Shown piece after piece: positions 36,065 through 46,100 of a stretch of 63,879 bases of DNA. How positions within the stretch are numbered: the stretch's first letter is position 1; each line of letters opens with the position of its first letter. The notes under the pieces are model-generated. The model worked only from the letters and a program-made list of their open reading frames with translations, ran no database searches and had not been told where the DNA came from. The stretch comes from a virus. Lineage: Duplodnaviria; Caudoviricetes. The stretch lies in the IMG/VR virus record IMGVR_UViG_3300037088_000377, positions 1 through 63,879 of that record; one strand, 5' to 3'. The translations under genes were made by a program, and so were the position numbers.

Positions 36065-36778
36065 ATGGAAACAAGCAGAGTTATCATAACCACCGCACCG
36101 GGAGAAGATAGGCACCGTCCTGGAAGACCATTTGCTGATAAGCTAAAGCGGTGGACGGTGGGGTTTCTAACATACGGAGAGGATGCGGCGATATTGGTCT
36201 ATAAGGTAGTGCCTTCTGGCTGCCCGAAGCCGGAAGACATACCGTATGCATCTAAGGTCTACGCCGTTCAAGCAGCAGTAAGGGCGGGGTTCACATCAAT
36301 CCTGTGGGCGGATACGTCTGTCGTGGCGTGCAGGTCGCTTTCGCCGATATGGGAACTGGTGGAGAGGGTCGGGTATTGGTTTCCACGTGCTCCCCAGCCA
36401 AATGTGGGAAACTGGACCAGCGATGCAGCCCTGCCCTTGCTGGGTATCACCCGTGAGCAGTCATTTAAGATTCCGAAGCTCGCTACACATTCGTTAGGAT
36501 TGGACCTCAAAACGAATATTGCCCGTGACTTTCTCTCCCAGTGGATGGATGCGGCTAATAACGGATCATTCCGTGGGGCGTGGACCAACAATAACCATGA
36601 GGTCTCCCAAGACCCCCGAGTCTGTGGGCACAGGCATGATTTGTCCGCAGCGTCAGTTATAGCCGATAGGCTAGGAATGACCGCCACAACGGGAGCTTTC
36701 CTGACTTATGAGAGTCAAATACCCGAAACCATCTTAAAGACAGACTACGGACTGGAGGAAAAGTGGATGAGGCTCTGA
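36065..36778 (+). CDS. Putative GT-A fold glycosyltransferase
   Basis: YASK...LWADTS...HRHDLS motifs; position inside the glycan cluster. Confidence 0.5.
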   Translation: METSRVIITTAPGEDRHRPGRPFADKLKRWTVGFLTYGEDAAILVYKVVPSGCPKPEDIPYASKVYAVQAAVRAGFTSILWADTSVVACRSLSPIWELVERVGYWFPRAPQPNVGNWTSDAALPLLGITREQSFKIPKLATHSLGLDLKTNIARDFLSQWMDAANNGSFRGAWTNNNHEVSQDPRVCGHRHDLSAASVIADRLGMTATTGAFLTYESQIPETILKTDYGLEEKWMRL

Positions 36779-37356
36779 TTGGGTTCATCCCTACGACCTC
36801 CTTGCCGAACGACTGGGGCTATACGATAAAGCACGCTACAATCGTAGAGTACGCCAAAATATTCGGCTTGAATATCCTCGTCGAAACCGGCACTTACTTG
36901 GGGCTAACCGTCTCTGCCATGCTCCCGTATTTTTCCAACATTTATTCGATAGAACTAGGACTCAATTTCTATGCGCGTGCAAAGTACATATTCAACGGGA
37001 ATCCCAAGGTTCACCTGTTTTTGGGGGATAGCGGGAAGGTTCTAAAGGAGATGCTCCCCCTGTTGACCAAAAAACCCCTCTTCTGGCTAGACGCCCATTA
37101 TTCCGCAGGTGATACGGCACGGGGAGACATTGACACCCCGATTTTGCAAGAATTGGACACCATATTTTCCTTGTGTCCGAGCTGTGTTATCCTGATTGAC
37201 GATGCCAGGGAGTTCAATGGAATAAACTCTTATCCAACACTGCCAGACTTGGAGAGCTACGTCTTGGGCAGACTCCCAACCTGGGTGTTTGAAATCAAGG
37301 ATGACATCATCCGACTCCATGAAAAGACGAATCCTCTGGTTTGCAGATTCGGCTAA
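36763..37356 (+). CDS. Class I SAM-dependent methyltransferase-like protein
   Basis: LVETGTYLG, SIEL, GDS, FWLDAH, ILIDD. Confidence 0.75.
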   Translation: MDEALIGFIPTTSLPNDWGYTIKHATIVEYAKIFGLNILVETGTYLGLTVSAMLPYFSNIYSIELGLNFYARAKYIFNGNPKVHLFLGDSGKVLKEMLPLLTKKPLFWLDAHYSAGDTARGDIDTPILQELDTIFSLCPSCVILIDDAREFNGINSYPTLPDLESYVLGRLPTWVFEIKDDIIRLHEKTNPLVCRFG

Positions 37357-37374
37357 GGAAGACTCAAAAAGCGT

Positions 37375-38247
37375 ATGGCTCAGATAAATGTTATTCTTGC
37401 TAACGGTCTAGGAAACCAAATGCTTCAATATGCCTTTGGGCGGGCGCACCAGTTGCGGGGCCATACCGTAACCTTTAGCCTGAATCCTGATGGCTGCCAT
37501 AATAGAGAAGATTCCCGACTGTGCCTCCCGCTCAGGTCTCATGAGGTCTACGGGCTTGACCTGCTCAACACCAAGGTGGAATTTGGACCTCGGCTAGAGT
37601 TTGGTCCCTGGCGGATGGAAAACTATGTCTATGCGGAAGTAGCCTTTGACCCCAAGTGGCTGAAAATAGAGCACCCTACGAATGTGTACGGGCTGTTCTG
37701 GAGTGAGGATTACTTCAAGGAGTTCCAAGACACGATACGGAAGGAGTTTCTGCCTGCTCCCTCTCTTTTCATTCCTCCTGAAGCGGAAGCTCTTGCCGCA
37801 AAGATGAGAAACTCCAATAGCGTATTCGTGCATGTAAGGCGTAGCGATTGGTACCTCTCTCCACAAGGTGCGGAAGAGTGGCTCCTGATGAGCATGGAGT
37901 ACTATCAAAAAGCGGTGGCAAAAATCTCTGAGAGGTTCCCCTCACCGAATGTCTTCGTCTTTTCTGACAATGTCGGCTGGTGCAGGGAGAATATGCCAGG
38001 ATGGGAAACGGTTACCGTAGGGGGAGGGAGTCCCCAGATTGACCTCTGGTTGATGCGCCAATGCCGCCATGCCGTCATCGCCAACAGTTCCTTCTCGTGG
38101 TGGGGGGCTTGGCTCGGGGACAATCAGAAGGACAGGATGGTGGTGGGTCCTAGAAAGTGGTGGGCTAAAGCGGGGGGAGCGATTAAGGATGGAACTCAGG
38201 ATAGCCTGCACATCATGCCAGACCGGTGGGTGTGCTTGGATTCTTAA
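37375..38247 (+). CDS. Second GT11 alpha-1,2-fucosyltransferase-like protein
   Basis: GLGNQMLQY, HVRRSD, IANSSFSWWGAWL. Confidence 0.9.
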   Translation: MAQINVILANGLGNQMLQYAFGRAHQLRGHTVTFSLNPDGCHNREDSRLCLPLRSHEVYGLDLLNTKVEFGPRLEFGPWRMENYVYAEVAFDPKWLKIEHPTNVYGLFWSEDYFKEFQDTIRKEFLPAPSLFIPPEAEALAAKMRNSNSVFVHVRRSDWYLSPQGAEEWLLMSMEYYQKAVAKISERFPSPNVFVFSDNVGWCRENMPGWETVTVGGGSPQIDLWLMRQCRHAVIANSSFSWWGAWLGDNQKDRMVVGPRKWWAKAGGAIKDGTQDSLHIMPDRWVCLDS

Positions 38248-38271
38248 GGAAACTGAAAAGGTAAAACACTT

Positions 38272-38883
38272 ATGAATATGAGATTCGTTGGCAGCATCGA
38301 CGATGTGCTAACACTACCGGAGGGAAAGACCGGCATTACGCTTGACGGAAGCGGTCTTGTCTGGGGGGATATGTTAAACCCGCCCGGCATGGCCCTTCTC
38401 TGCCGGTTGGCGGCATCGGGATACTCCCCGGTCTTTGAGTTCGGCACATTCCGGGGAAACACCGCCTACAAGATTGCACAGAACTTAGAGAGCGGCGTGG
38501 TAGTTACTTTAGACATTCCCACGGATGACTCAATGTCCAACATAGAACAGGCATCCTACGGGGATTACACGGTTATTGAAATAGCCAAGAGCTGTCCACG
38601 GATAGAGTTCCTGTCAGGCAATTCCTTGACGTTTGATTTCGTGCCACACCTCAACAGGTATGGTCTGGTTTTTGTGGATGGCGGTCATTCGTATGAGGTA
38701 TGCAAGCATGACAGTGAAGCAGCTCTCAAAATTGCTCGTCCTAACGGAGTGGTTCTCTGGGATGATTACGGGGACTACTGGCCGGGGGTAAGGCAAGCGT
38801 TGAACGAACTCGCAAAGAGGGTTTCCTTGGTATATTTACAGAAAGAGCGTGTTGTAATTCACATAGTTCCAGCGAAGACATAG
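38272..38883 (+). CDS. Class I SAM methyltransferase (Methyltransf_24-like)
   Basis: FEFGTFRG, FVDGGHSY, LWDDY. Confidence 0.85.
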   Translation: MNMRFVGSIDDVLTLPEGKTGITLDGSGLVWGDMLNPPGMALLCRLAASGYSPVFEFGTFRGNTAYKIAQNLESGVVVTLDIPTDDSMSNIEQASYGDYTVIEIAKSCPRIEFLSGNSLTFDFVPHLNRYGLVFVDGGHSYEVCKHDSEAALKIARPNGVVLWDDYGDYWPGVRQALNELAKRVSLVYLQKERVVIHIVPAKT

Positions 38884-38899
38884 AGGAGAAACACTCCCG

Positions 38900-40702
38900 A
38901 TGACCGATAATCATGTGGTTCAAAGCTTATGGATAGGTCCGGTGCTCTCCCCTATGGAACGCCTCGGGATATCCTCGTTCCTCCGCCATGGGCACGATTT
39001 CCACCTTTACACCTACACCGATGTCAGCAATGTGCCGAAGGGGACAACTCTCAAGGACGCAAAGGAAATCATCCCCCCATCCTTGATAGACTACACAAAG
39101 TTCCCCAAGCTCGCCATCTTCGCCGACCTATTCCGCTACAAGCTGCTTCTTGACCGAGGCGGCTGGTGGGTGGACACCGACACCGTATGTATGCGCTCCT
39201 TCGACTTCCCGGAGGAATATGTGTTCTCCAGCGAGATTGTGTCCGCCAACCGAGGCATAACCATCCTCGGCACGCAGGTCAACAATGGCAACATCAAAGC
39301 ACCTGCGAGAAGCCCCGTCATGAAGCGCCTCTGGGAGAAATGCCAAACGCTAGTGGGAAACCCAAACAATGTCAAGTGGAGCACGACTGGTCCCATGCTG
39401 ATGGTCCCAGCCGTGGAGGAGTTCGGGCTGAGAAAGTATGTCCAGCCGCCACAGGACCTCTGCCCAGTGATGGCGTGGGACATTGCCAAGCTCACTCAAG
39501 TTACTCCCCTACCAGTTTCGAATACTGCCCATGCTGTGCATCTCTGGAACGAGATGTGGAACTGGGAAAAGCTGGACAAAGGGAGGACGTTCCCGCCCGG
39601 ATGCGCCTACGAACAACTAAAGTACAGGTTCATGGACAGGGGGGAACCCAACATCATCCAGTCTCTCTGGGTGGGCGGCAGGCTGTCAAACATGGAAAAG
39701 CTCTCCATAGCCTCCTACCTCCACTACGGGGAGGAGTTCCACCTCTACACCTACGAACCTGTAGAGGGCATCCCGAAGGGCACAGTCGTCAAGGATGCCA
39801 ACGAAATAGTCCCGCAGTCCGATATCGCCAAGTTCCAGAACATGGCCAACTTCTCCGACTGGTTCCGCTATAACCTGCTGTTCAAGAAAGGAAACTGGTG
39901 GGTGGATATTGACACTGTACTTGTCCGCCCGTTTGACTTCGAAGGCGAACATATTTTCGTGAACCAGTACCCTGACCAAGGGCACAAAGACCAAGTCAAC
40001 GGCGACTATATCAAGGCACCGGCTGGTTCTGAAGCCATGAAGTGGCTTATTGACAAGGGCTGGAGGATGGACTGGAAGAGGATTGCTTGGTCCGACATAG
40101 GACCGAACCTCGTCACTGAGGCCATACAGCAGTTCGCCATGACCCCCCTTCCCTCCAGCGTGTCATTCAACCCATGGTCACGGACATGTATAGAGGGTAC
40201 CACTCAAGTCCCCGACACTGCCTACGCCATCCACTTGGTGAGGAACAACTGGAAAGGTAAGTGGGACACCGGCAAACCTTTGGATTTAGATGCCGTGTAC
40301 CCGAGGACATGCCTCTATGAGCAGCTTAAGGAAACGTATATCCCTTCCTTGAATGCGGACATCCAGCTTAGCGCTCCTTGGCTGGGAAACAAGCGCCACG
40401 CCGTCCCTGACTCTTACGCAAGAGGAAACCCCAATGACCCCCTAAGGAACAGGGGGCGCTTCGTCTCGGTAAGAGCTGTCCCCAACCCAGCCCCCGTCTC
40501 TGTTGGTGCCTTGGCGGACTGGAAGGGGACCTTAATCGGGGCGAAGGTGAATCACGCCATCGCCAAGGGGTTCAAGGTGGTTGCGGTGTGCCCGCTTGAC
40601 TCCTCCTACCACAAGGAACTCCAGAAGACGATGCCGGGAGCCATAGAAGAGGTGGTTGAAACACCAACTGGGCGTCGAGTACTTTTTTTGGTAAAAAATT
40701 AG
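38900..40702 (+). CDS. Tandem GT32-like (DXD) glycosyltransferase
   Basis: Two homologous domains, QSLWIG..LS.ME..SF / FADLFRY..WVDTD and QSLWVG..LSNME / FSDWFRY..WVDID, plus a C-terminal extension. Confidence 0.82.
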   Translation: MTDNHVVQSLWIGPVLSPMERLGISSFLRHGHDFHLYTYTDVSNVPKGTTLKDAKEIIPPSLIDYTKFPKLAIFADLFRYKLLLDRGGWWVDTDTVCMRSFDFPEEYVFSSEIVSANRGITILGTQVNNGNIKAPARSPVMKRLWEKCQTLVGNPNNVKWSTTGPMLMVPAVEEFGLRKYVQPPQDLCPVMAWDIAKLTQVTPLPVSNTAHAVHLWNEMWNWEKLDKGRTFPPGCAYEQLKYRFMDRGEPNIIQSLWVGGRLSNMEKLSIASYLHYGEEFHLYTYEPVEGIPKGTVVKDANEIVPQSDIAKFQNMANFSDWFRYNLLFKKGNWWVDIDTVLVRPFDFEGEHIFVNQYPDQGHKDQVNGDYIKAPAGSEAMKWLIDKGWRMDWKRIAWSDIGPNLVTEAIQQFAMTPLPSSVSFNPWSRTCIEGTTQVPDTAYAIHLVRNNWKGKWDTGKPLDLDAVYPRTCLYEQLKETYIPSLNADIQLSAPWLGNKRHAVPDSYARGNPNDPLRNRGRFVSVRAVPNPAPVSVGALADWKGTLIGAKVNHAIAKGFKVVAVCPLDSSYHKELQKTMPGAIEEVVETPTGRRVLFLVKN

Positions 40703-40712
40703 GTAAGGAAAT

Positions 40713-40872
40713 AGGACGGCGACAATAATCCCGGTCAGAGCCGCCGTCCCAGTTTCCACGGAGCGAGAACCCATTCAAGGGTCATCTCTGTGCCCATGGT
40801 TAGAGGGGGGCTAAAGTCCCCCTGTTAGCGTCAAACACGCTAGGTCAATTCCATCTCAGCGTCCCTGACCGG
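40713..40872 (-). ncRNA. Candidate structured, pseudoknotted ncRNA
   Basis: CCGGTCAGGG/CTCTGACCGG crosses GGGACGGCGG/TCGCCGTCCT, with three hairpins enclosed and a late-promoter-like motif at about 40880-40900. Strand is tentative. Confidence 0.5.
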
Positions 40873-40903
40873 AAAGCCTCTATTCAATGATACTGATATT
40901 TAC

Positions 40904-41839
40904 TCAATTGCGAAGTAGATTATTTTTGTTTGGAGGTTTACGGTTTCCTTGACCCAGAATCCATCCAGCGCAAAGATAAGCTCCCACTTCAGTGGTATTT
41001 ATGCGACGTTTTTCATCACCCCTGTGTATCCACTTCAAACCCAGCGTGGCGGTTGCCAAAGTTCCCAAAATAGATTTCCTATTTTCAGGGTTAGCCCACA
41101 TCCTTTTGCTGGCTTCTCCAATTTTAATGCGGGCTTCTGAGGAGTAGTGGCGGTTTGAGTAACTTTCTAAGTTATTTCTCTTTTCTACCATAATCCTCTT
41201 CATTTCAGGATTAGCCCACATTTGCTGCATTACCTTGACCCCAGTCATCTCGCTATGTAACATGTTTTGCCGTTGCTTCTCTTTGGACTCTTCCTTGTGA
41301 TGCGTACCTGTTCTAATTTTCCGTATCTTCTCACATGTCTCCGGCGTATGATGTTTTCCAAAACTTCCTTGTCGAACTAACTCAGACACTTTACTTTTGT
41401 ATTCAGGATTAGCCCACAATCTTTTGAAACGAACAGAGGTTTCTTGACGAATCCCCTGAGAGTCGGGACTGCCATAAAATTTCTGCAATGCTGCGGAAAT
41501 TTTGATTCGAGCTTCGGGAGAGTTGGGTCCTGTATGTCCCTCACCACCTCGACAGATGTTATACCCATACTCAGGGTCCTGCGACCGCAGGAATCTAATA
41601 AAATCCCTCTCGGTTTCGTCAAGCTCTGTTTTATTCTGGATATCAGAACGGAGGGCATGGATGGACCAGAGATGAGGGAAAGGGTGCTTGCGCATAGAAT
41701 TATAAAGGCAAGAATTTCCATTGCGTTTACGCTTCGCATCCCATAATTTCTTCTGAAGATACTGTTTTAAGTTCTCGCCTTTATGCTGACCGACATAATA
41801 CTTCTCGGTCTCGTGGTTAACAATTAGATATATGAACAT
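40904..41839 (-). CDS. GIY-YIG homing endonuclease, paralog of 29638-30576
   Basis: Nearly identical N-terminal ~100 aa; NUMOD3-like HTPETCEKI and WANPE repeats. Confidence 0.88.
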   Translation of the reverse strand: MFIYLIVNHETEKYYVGQHKGENLKQYLQKKLWDAKRKRNGNSCLYNSMRKHPFPHLWSIHALRSDIQNKTELDETERDFIRFLRSQDPEYGYNICRGGEGHTGPNSPEARIKISAALQKFYGSPDSQGIRQETSVRFKRLWANPEYKSKVSELVRQGSFGKHHTPETCEKIRKIRTGTHHKEESKEKQRQNMLHSEMTGVKVMQQMWANPEMKRIMVEKRNNLESYSNRHYSSEARIKIGEASKRMWANPENRKSILGTLATATLGLKWIHRGDEKRRINTTEVGAYLCAGWILGQGNRKPPNKNNLLRN

Positions 41840-41885
41840 ACAAACCTTCCTCTTATAAATACTCTGGAAAGTTCGTTTTTTCGTT

Positions 41886-42290
41886 TCAGGAATTTATTTG
41901 TCCAAAAAGTTGGGCGACGGTCTCGTCTACCGGTGTCCCGCTGGACGACTTGCACACTCGGATATAGTTCCATACGAGACACGACGGGGACCACATCGCT
42001 TGCGTCCCGTCTAGTGAATAGGCAAGGTCCGCCTCGTCGGTGATGTTAGTAGGGGGCGAGGTAATGCCTCCCGTGGTTATCCAAGCAACAGGCACGCCAG
42101 CGGTGGTAATGGGTGGGCTGGACCCATAGTTGGGGTCGTTCTCGGGGTTGTTCGAGACCTCAATCCAAATGGCACAGCTTGCCTCCAGCCCCATAAGGTG
42201 GACGGACAGGGCGGAGTAGTTGGCAATCTTATACCACCTGCCGTCCAAAGCAGCAGTGGAGTCAAAAATCGTTAGGTTTGGTCCAAGCAT
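41886..42290 (-). CDS. Putative virion structural protein, beta-sandwich-like
   Basis: IEVSN...WNYIRVC pattern; SSPP and TSPP motifs. Confidence 0.55.
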   Translation of the reverse strand: MLGPNLTIFDSTAALDGRWYKIANYSALSVHLMGLEASCAIWIEVSNNPENDPNYGSSPPITTAGVPVAWITTGGITSPPTNITDEADLAYSLDGTQAMWSPSCLVWNYIRVCKSSSGTPVDETVAQLFGQINS

Positions 42291-42299
42291 GGTTATCTC

Positions 42300-42911
42300 C
42301 TACTTCTTTACGAACGAGTAAATCATTCCCAGCATCCCTACCAGGCTGAACAGGAAGCTCAATGCCATGCCTATGTAGAAGACGGTCTTGCTGATATCCT
42401 TCTCCGTCGCTACTGTGGTACTGATTATCCTAGCGATGCTGGTTTCCAGTAGGCTAATCTTTTCCTTAAGATTCTCTATCGCTGGAGTAATAGTAGCCCA
42501 ACCGATGATAGTATTTTCTATCTTGCTGACCCGACTCTTGATGTCCTCCAGCTTGTCATCTTGCGTCTTGAACCCTTGGAACGCCTCGGTACGGCTTAAC
42601 TGCAGCTTCGTCTGGTCGTCCAACGCTTGTCGGAATTCATTGGAGCGCTCGTTATAGGCGGTCTGGGCAGTCTCGGCCTTGAGGATGGCACGCTCGGAGG
42701 TTAAAAAGGCAACGGCAACGGCCTCCTTCTGGGCCGCCAAGGCTGCGGCCACGGCAGTCTCGTTTGCCTTAAACCTGTCCTCATACCGCTTGTTTCGTTC
42801 GTCCGCCCGGATTTCTAGCTTATCCATCCCCTCTTTGATAACCTCACGGATGAGTGATATCTCACCATGGGTCAGGTGGTAGCTGTTGCCGGGGGTCTTG
42901 TCGGTTTCCAT
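42300..42911 (-). CDS. Coiled-coil protein with a C-terminal transmembrane helix, possibly lysis-associated
   Basis: Long heptad region, then VFYIGMALSFLFSLVGMLGMIYSF; late-type promoter. Confidence 0.6.
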   Translation of the reverse strand: METDKTPGNSYHLTHGEISLIREVIKEGMDKLEIRADERNKRYEDRFKANETAVAAALAAQKEAVAVAFLTSERAILKAETAQTAYNERSNEFRQALDDQTKLQLSRTEAFQGFKTQDDKLEDIKSRVSKIENTIIGWATITPAIENLKEKISLLETSIARIISTTVATEKDISKTVFYIGMALSFLFSLVGMLGMIYSFVKK

Positions 42912-43102
42912 GGCTATCCCTCATTTATGAAGAAGAAAGTGGTAAAACACCGGAACTCCATCGGTCACCCGATGGTAGGCAGCCACTTCAGCAGGAGCTC
43001 GAACGGTCCTCCGAGCTGTGGGTCGGCAAAAATAAACATAGCGTAAGTCCTCTCAGGGTGAATCCTCCCCTAATAGGGGCTTGGTATACAGGATTATGTT
43101 CC

Positions 43103-46100
43103 TTATCTCCGCCCCCGGTGGTAGAAAGGATTCTTCACCACCGTAGTTCCGGGCGTCATCATCAATCTCATTTGTATCTTATGCGCCCTTTCAAGGAACT
43201 TGAGGTCCTGCATAGATACATCGTCCAAGGACACTATGGGTTTGGCGGGCTTCATCATCTGTTCCTGTATGGCGAGGCTTGACCCGCTCGGGTCCTGTTT
43301 CAGCCCACCCTCCTCGATGAGCCACTTCTGGGCTACATAGGCGACCTCCTCAACAGCATCGCACATGTCGTCCGTCGCCCCCCTTTCTTCGGGTGCCTGA
43401 ACCCTAATCTGGTAGTTCCCGACGAACTCAGCCTCCACTAACCTCAACTCGTCCATGAACTTAGGGACAAACGGGAACCTGCACCTCAGGTTGTCAATGT
43501 ATCCTTTCAGGGCGAATGCCATCTGGCTGTTTATGGCGGTGGTTATGTTGACAAGCTCAACATGCTTAATGTCGTTGAGTTCAAGGTTCTGGATAAGCTG
43601 CTGCCCGCCGTGTTGGTCAGTAGCCCCTCGGAAACAAGGCATGACTCGGTTGAGCGCCCGGAGCCACTGGATAATGTCGTCAATCGGCAAAGCCTTGTAG
43701 CCCACATACTTGGTGATTCCCGGAAGGATGGGAACGCCGGGTCCCTCGAACTTTTCCCCCACCATCATGCGGTCAATATAGTCGTAGACAAGCTCAATAG
43801 GGTTCTTGCCGCCCCGGTGCTCTAAGTGTCCGATGGCCACAGCCGTGGCGTTGTTCATCATGCCGAGGTCAACTCCCCAGAAGTACCGGCGGCCGATGCA
43901 GGAGGGGTGGAACGATGTTAGGTTAAGCCGGGCGGTGGAGAGGATGGGCTTGGGGAATGGCTCCTCGGTGTACTGTACGTCCGTGCAGGCACGAATTTGC
44001 GATTCGGTGACATAGGATTCTGAGGAGTCAAGGAACTGGCCGCCGTATTCCGCCCGGAACGTGAGCGGGTTCTCCTCATACGCTCCACGCAGGAACTTGG
44101 GAAGGATGCCGGGGTTCATCTCCGCCGTAGAGACCCTCATCGTGAAGGTATCGGAGCTTTCCCCCTTGTCTAGGGCGAGGCGGTGGAGGTCGTACATCTT
44201 TCCGACCTTGGTCCACGGGCTGGAGATGCTGAGAATGAGGGAGTCCTGGAACTCCCGGTAGTCCTTGGATTCAAGGAGGGCTTGGGTCTCCTTGCTTATC
44301 CACGTGCCATCCAGGAGCTCGGCATGGTGGAAGTTAGCGCAGGACGGCGTGGCCGCACCGTAGACCTCATCCGAGGTACTGCCCTTCTCCGACCGGAAGT
44401 GGGCGAACTCATCAAGGGCCAGGAATACATTGGAGGGGGAACGGGTGGCATTGGTTGTACAGGGGCGGGATTCGCAGTTAATCGTGGGGGTGATGTCACG
44501 CTTTCCCCGGTCCGCCTCCGTTATAAAGTCCAAGCGGCTACCGCTCGATGATTTTAGGTAGGGACCGAAGAACGGCGCACGGTTGACACCCTCTCTCAGC
44601 TTGTCATAGAGGCGGCTTGATCCGGAGTCGTCTTGGGCGAGGAAGGTGAAGTCTATGTGGGAGTTCGGAACGAGGCCAAAGTACTCCTGCGGGCTCTTAT
44701 GGTTGAGGAGAAGATAGAGCTTGAAGCCGCCGCAACCGGCGACGACCTCGCTTTTCCCGGCTCGTCTTCCTGCTATCACGCACGCCTTGTTATACCCTTT
44801 CTCGGGTATGTCCCTCCAGTCCCCTATGTTGCAATTGTGTGTAACATTAAAATTCTTACCAAACAAAAACAACCCAGAAGGGTGCTTTATCGAAATACAC
44901 CGTACCAAGGCTTTCCCAGCGGGCACAATATCGGTAACATAACGAAAATGGCTTTTTGACTTTGGCTTAGTGTCCACCAGCAGAGCAAGTTTTCTACTAA
45001 GTCGAAATACAGGTAGGGGGGATGTCCATCGTACTCTATATTGTCGTTGTTTTCGGTCGTGTATAGAGTGCCTCACTACGGGCGGAGGTTTTTCTTTCCA
45101 TCCTGGCTTGATGCCTAGAGATGCCGCTAGTATGTAGACTCCTTCTGAAAGTTCTTGATTCGCATTAGAGAATTCTACCTGTCCGCGCTTTGATGCCCCC
45201 CCATCAGAGTCCAACAATCCTTGTAAAAGCGCCAATCGTTGACTTGCCGAAGCCCAAAGGTATATGTCTGGTATATGCTTATTACCAATTAAGCCTAATG
45301 AATTCATAGCTTTAAGCAATGGGTTTTCTTCACGAGATGAAAGGTCCCCACCTCTCTTTCCAGTTGTAATATAATAGACGGGGGCGGATTTATTGATTCC
45401 GGCAGGTGACACTTGAAGCCCAAGGTTCTCAGCATATTGATACAGGAATTCCACTGTTTCTGCATCTGCACTGGTAATCCCTGGTCTAAGTGTGATTCCA
45501 TCCCCCAGCCACAACCCTAAGAAATAAGGGTCTATCGGAAGTGCCTGAGGTGGCATCTCAATCACGTTGGAAAGTTTTATTGCATGATTAGAAAATAGGG
45601 TTTTACCGTATTTTATTTTTAACGAAGACATTAGTTCTTTAGTAGTCTTTGTAGAAAAAGAACGATAGTATACCGGTCTATTCTTAGAACCATAAAGATA
45701 TCGGGCGTGTTTTTCTCGAAAAGACGATGTTTCCCATAGATGTTCTCCATGCGCTAAAACAGAAGTTCCATCGTCAAACGATACCCTGTAAACATCATCC
45801 ATAAACGGTTCTTGTACCCAGCAAACTTCTGTAGGTTTACCATCCTGAGAAAAAACCGTGTCTCCAATTTTTAAATCCCCTATTTTTACAAACCCATTCG
45901 GGGTAGGTATAGGTTCGTTAACCTCTAATGCTCTTCCTTCTTCGTACAGGATATGCAGGCATTCCTCCTCAGACACAATCCTCAGTAATTTTTCCCGGAA
46001 CATATCGTACATCGGGACCTTACCCATATTGTAGTCCACCGGGACGGCGAAGATGCACTTGACGATGAGCCTCTGGATGGGATACAGCTTGATGTTGAAT

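Noticed and set aside
40713-41872. Group I intron housing the GIY-YIG gene
   Set aside because: No interrupted host gene and no recognisable P7 core. The endonuclease has its own promoter and the flanking genes are complete.
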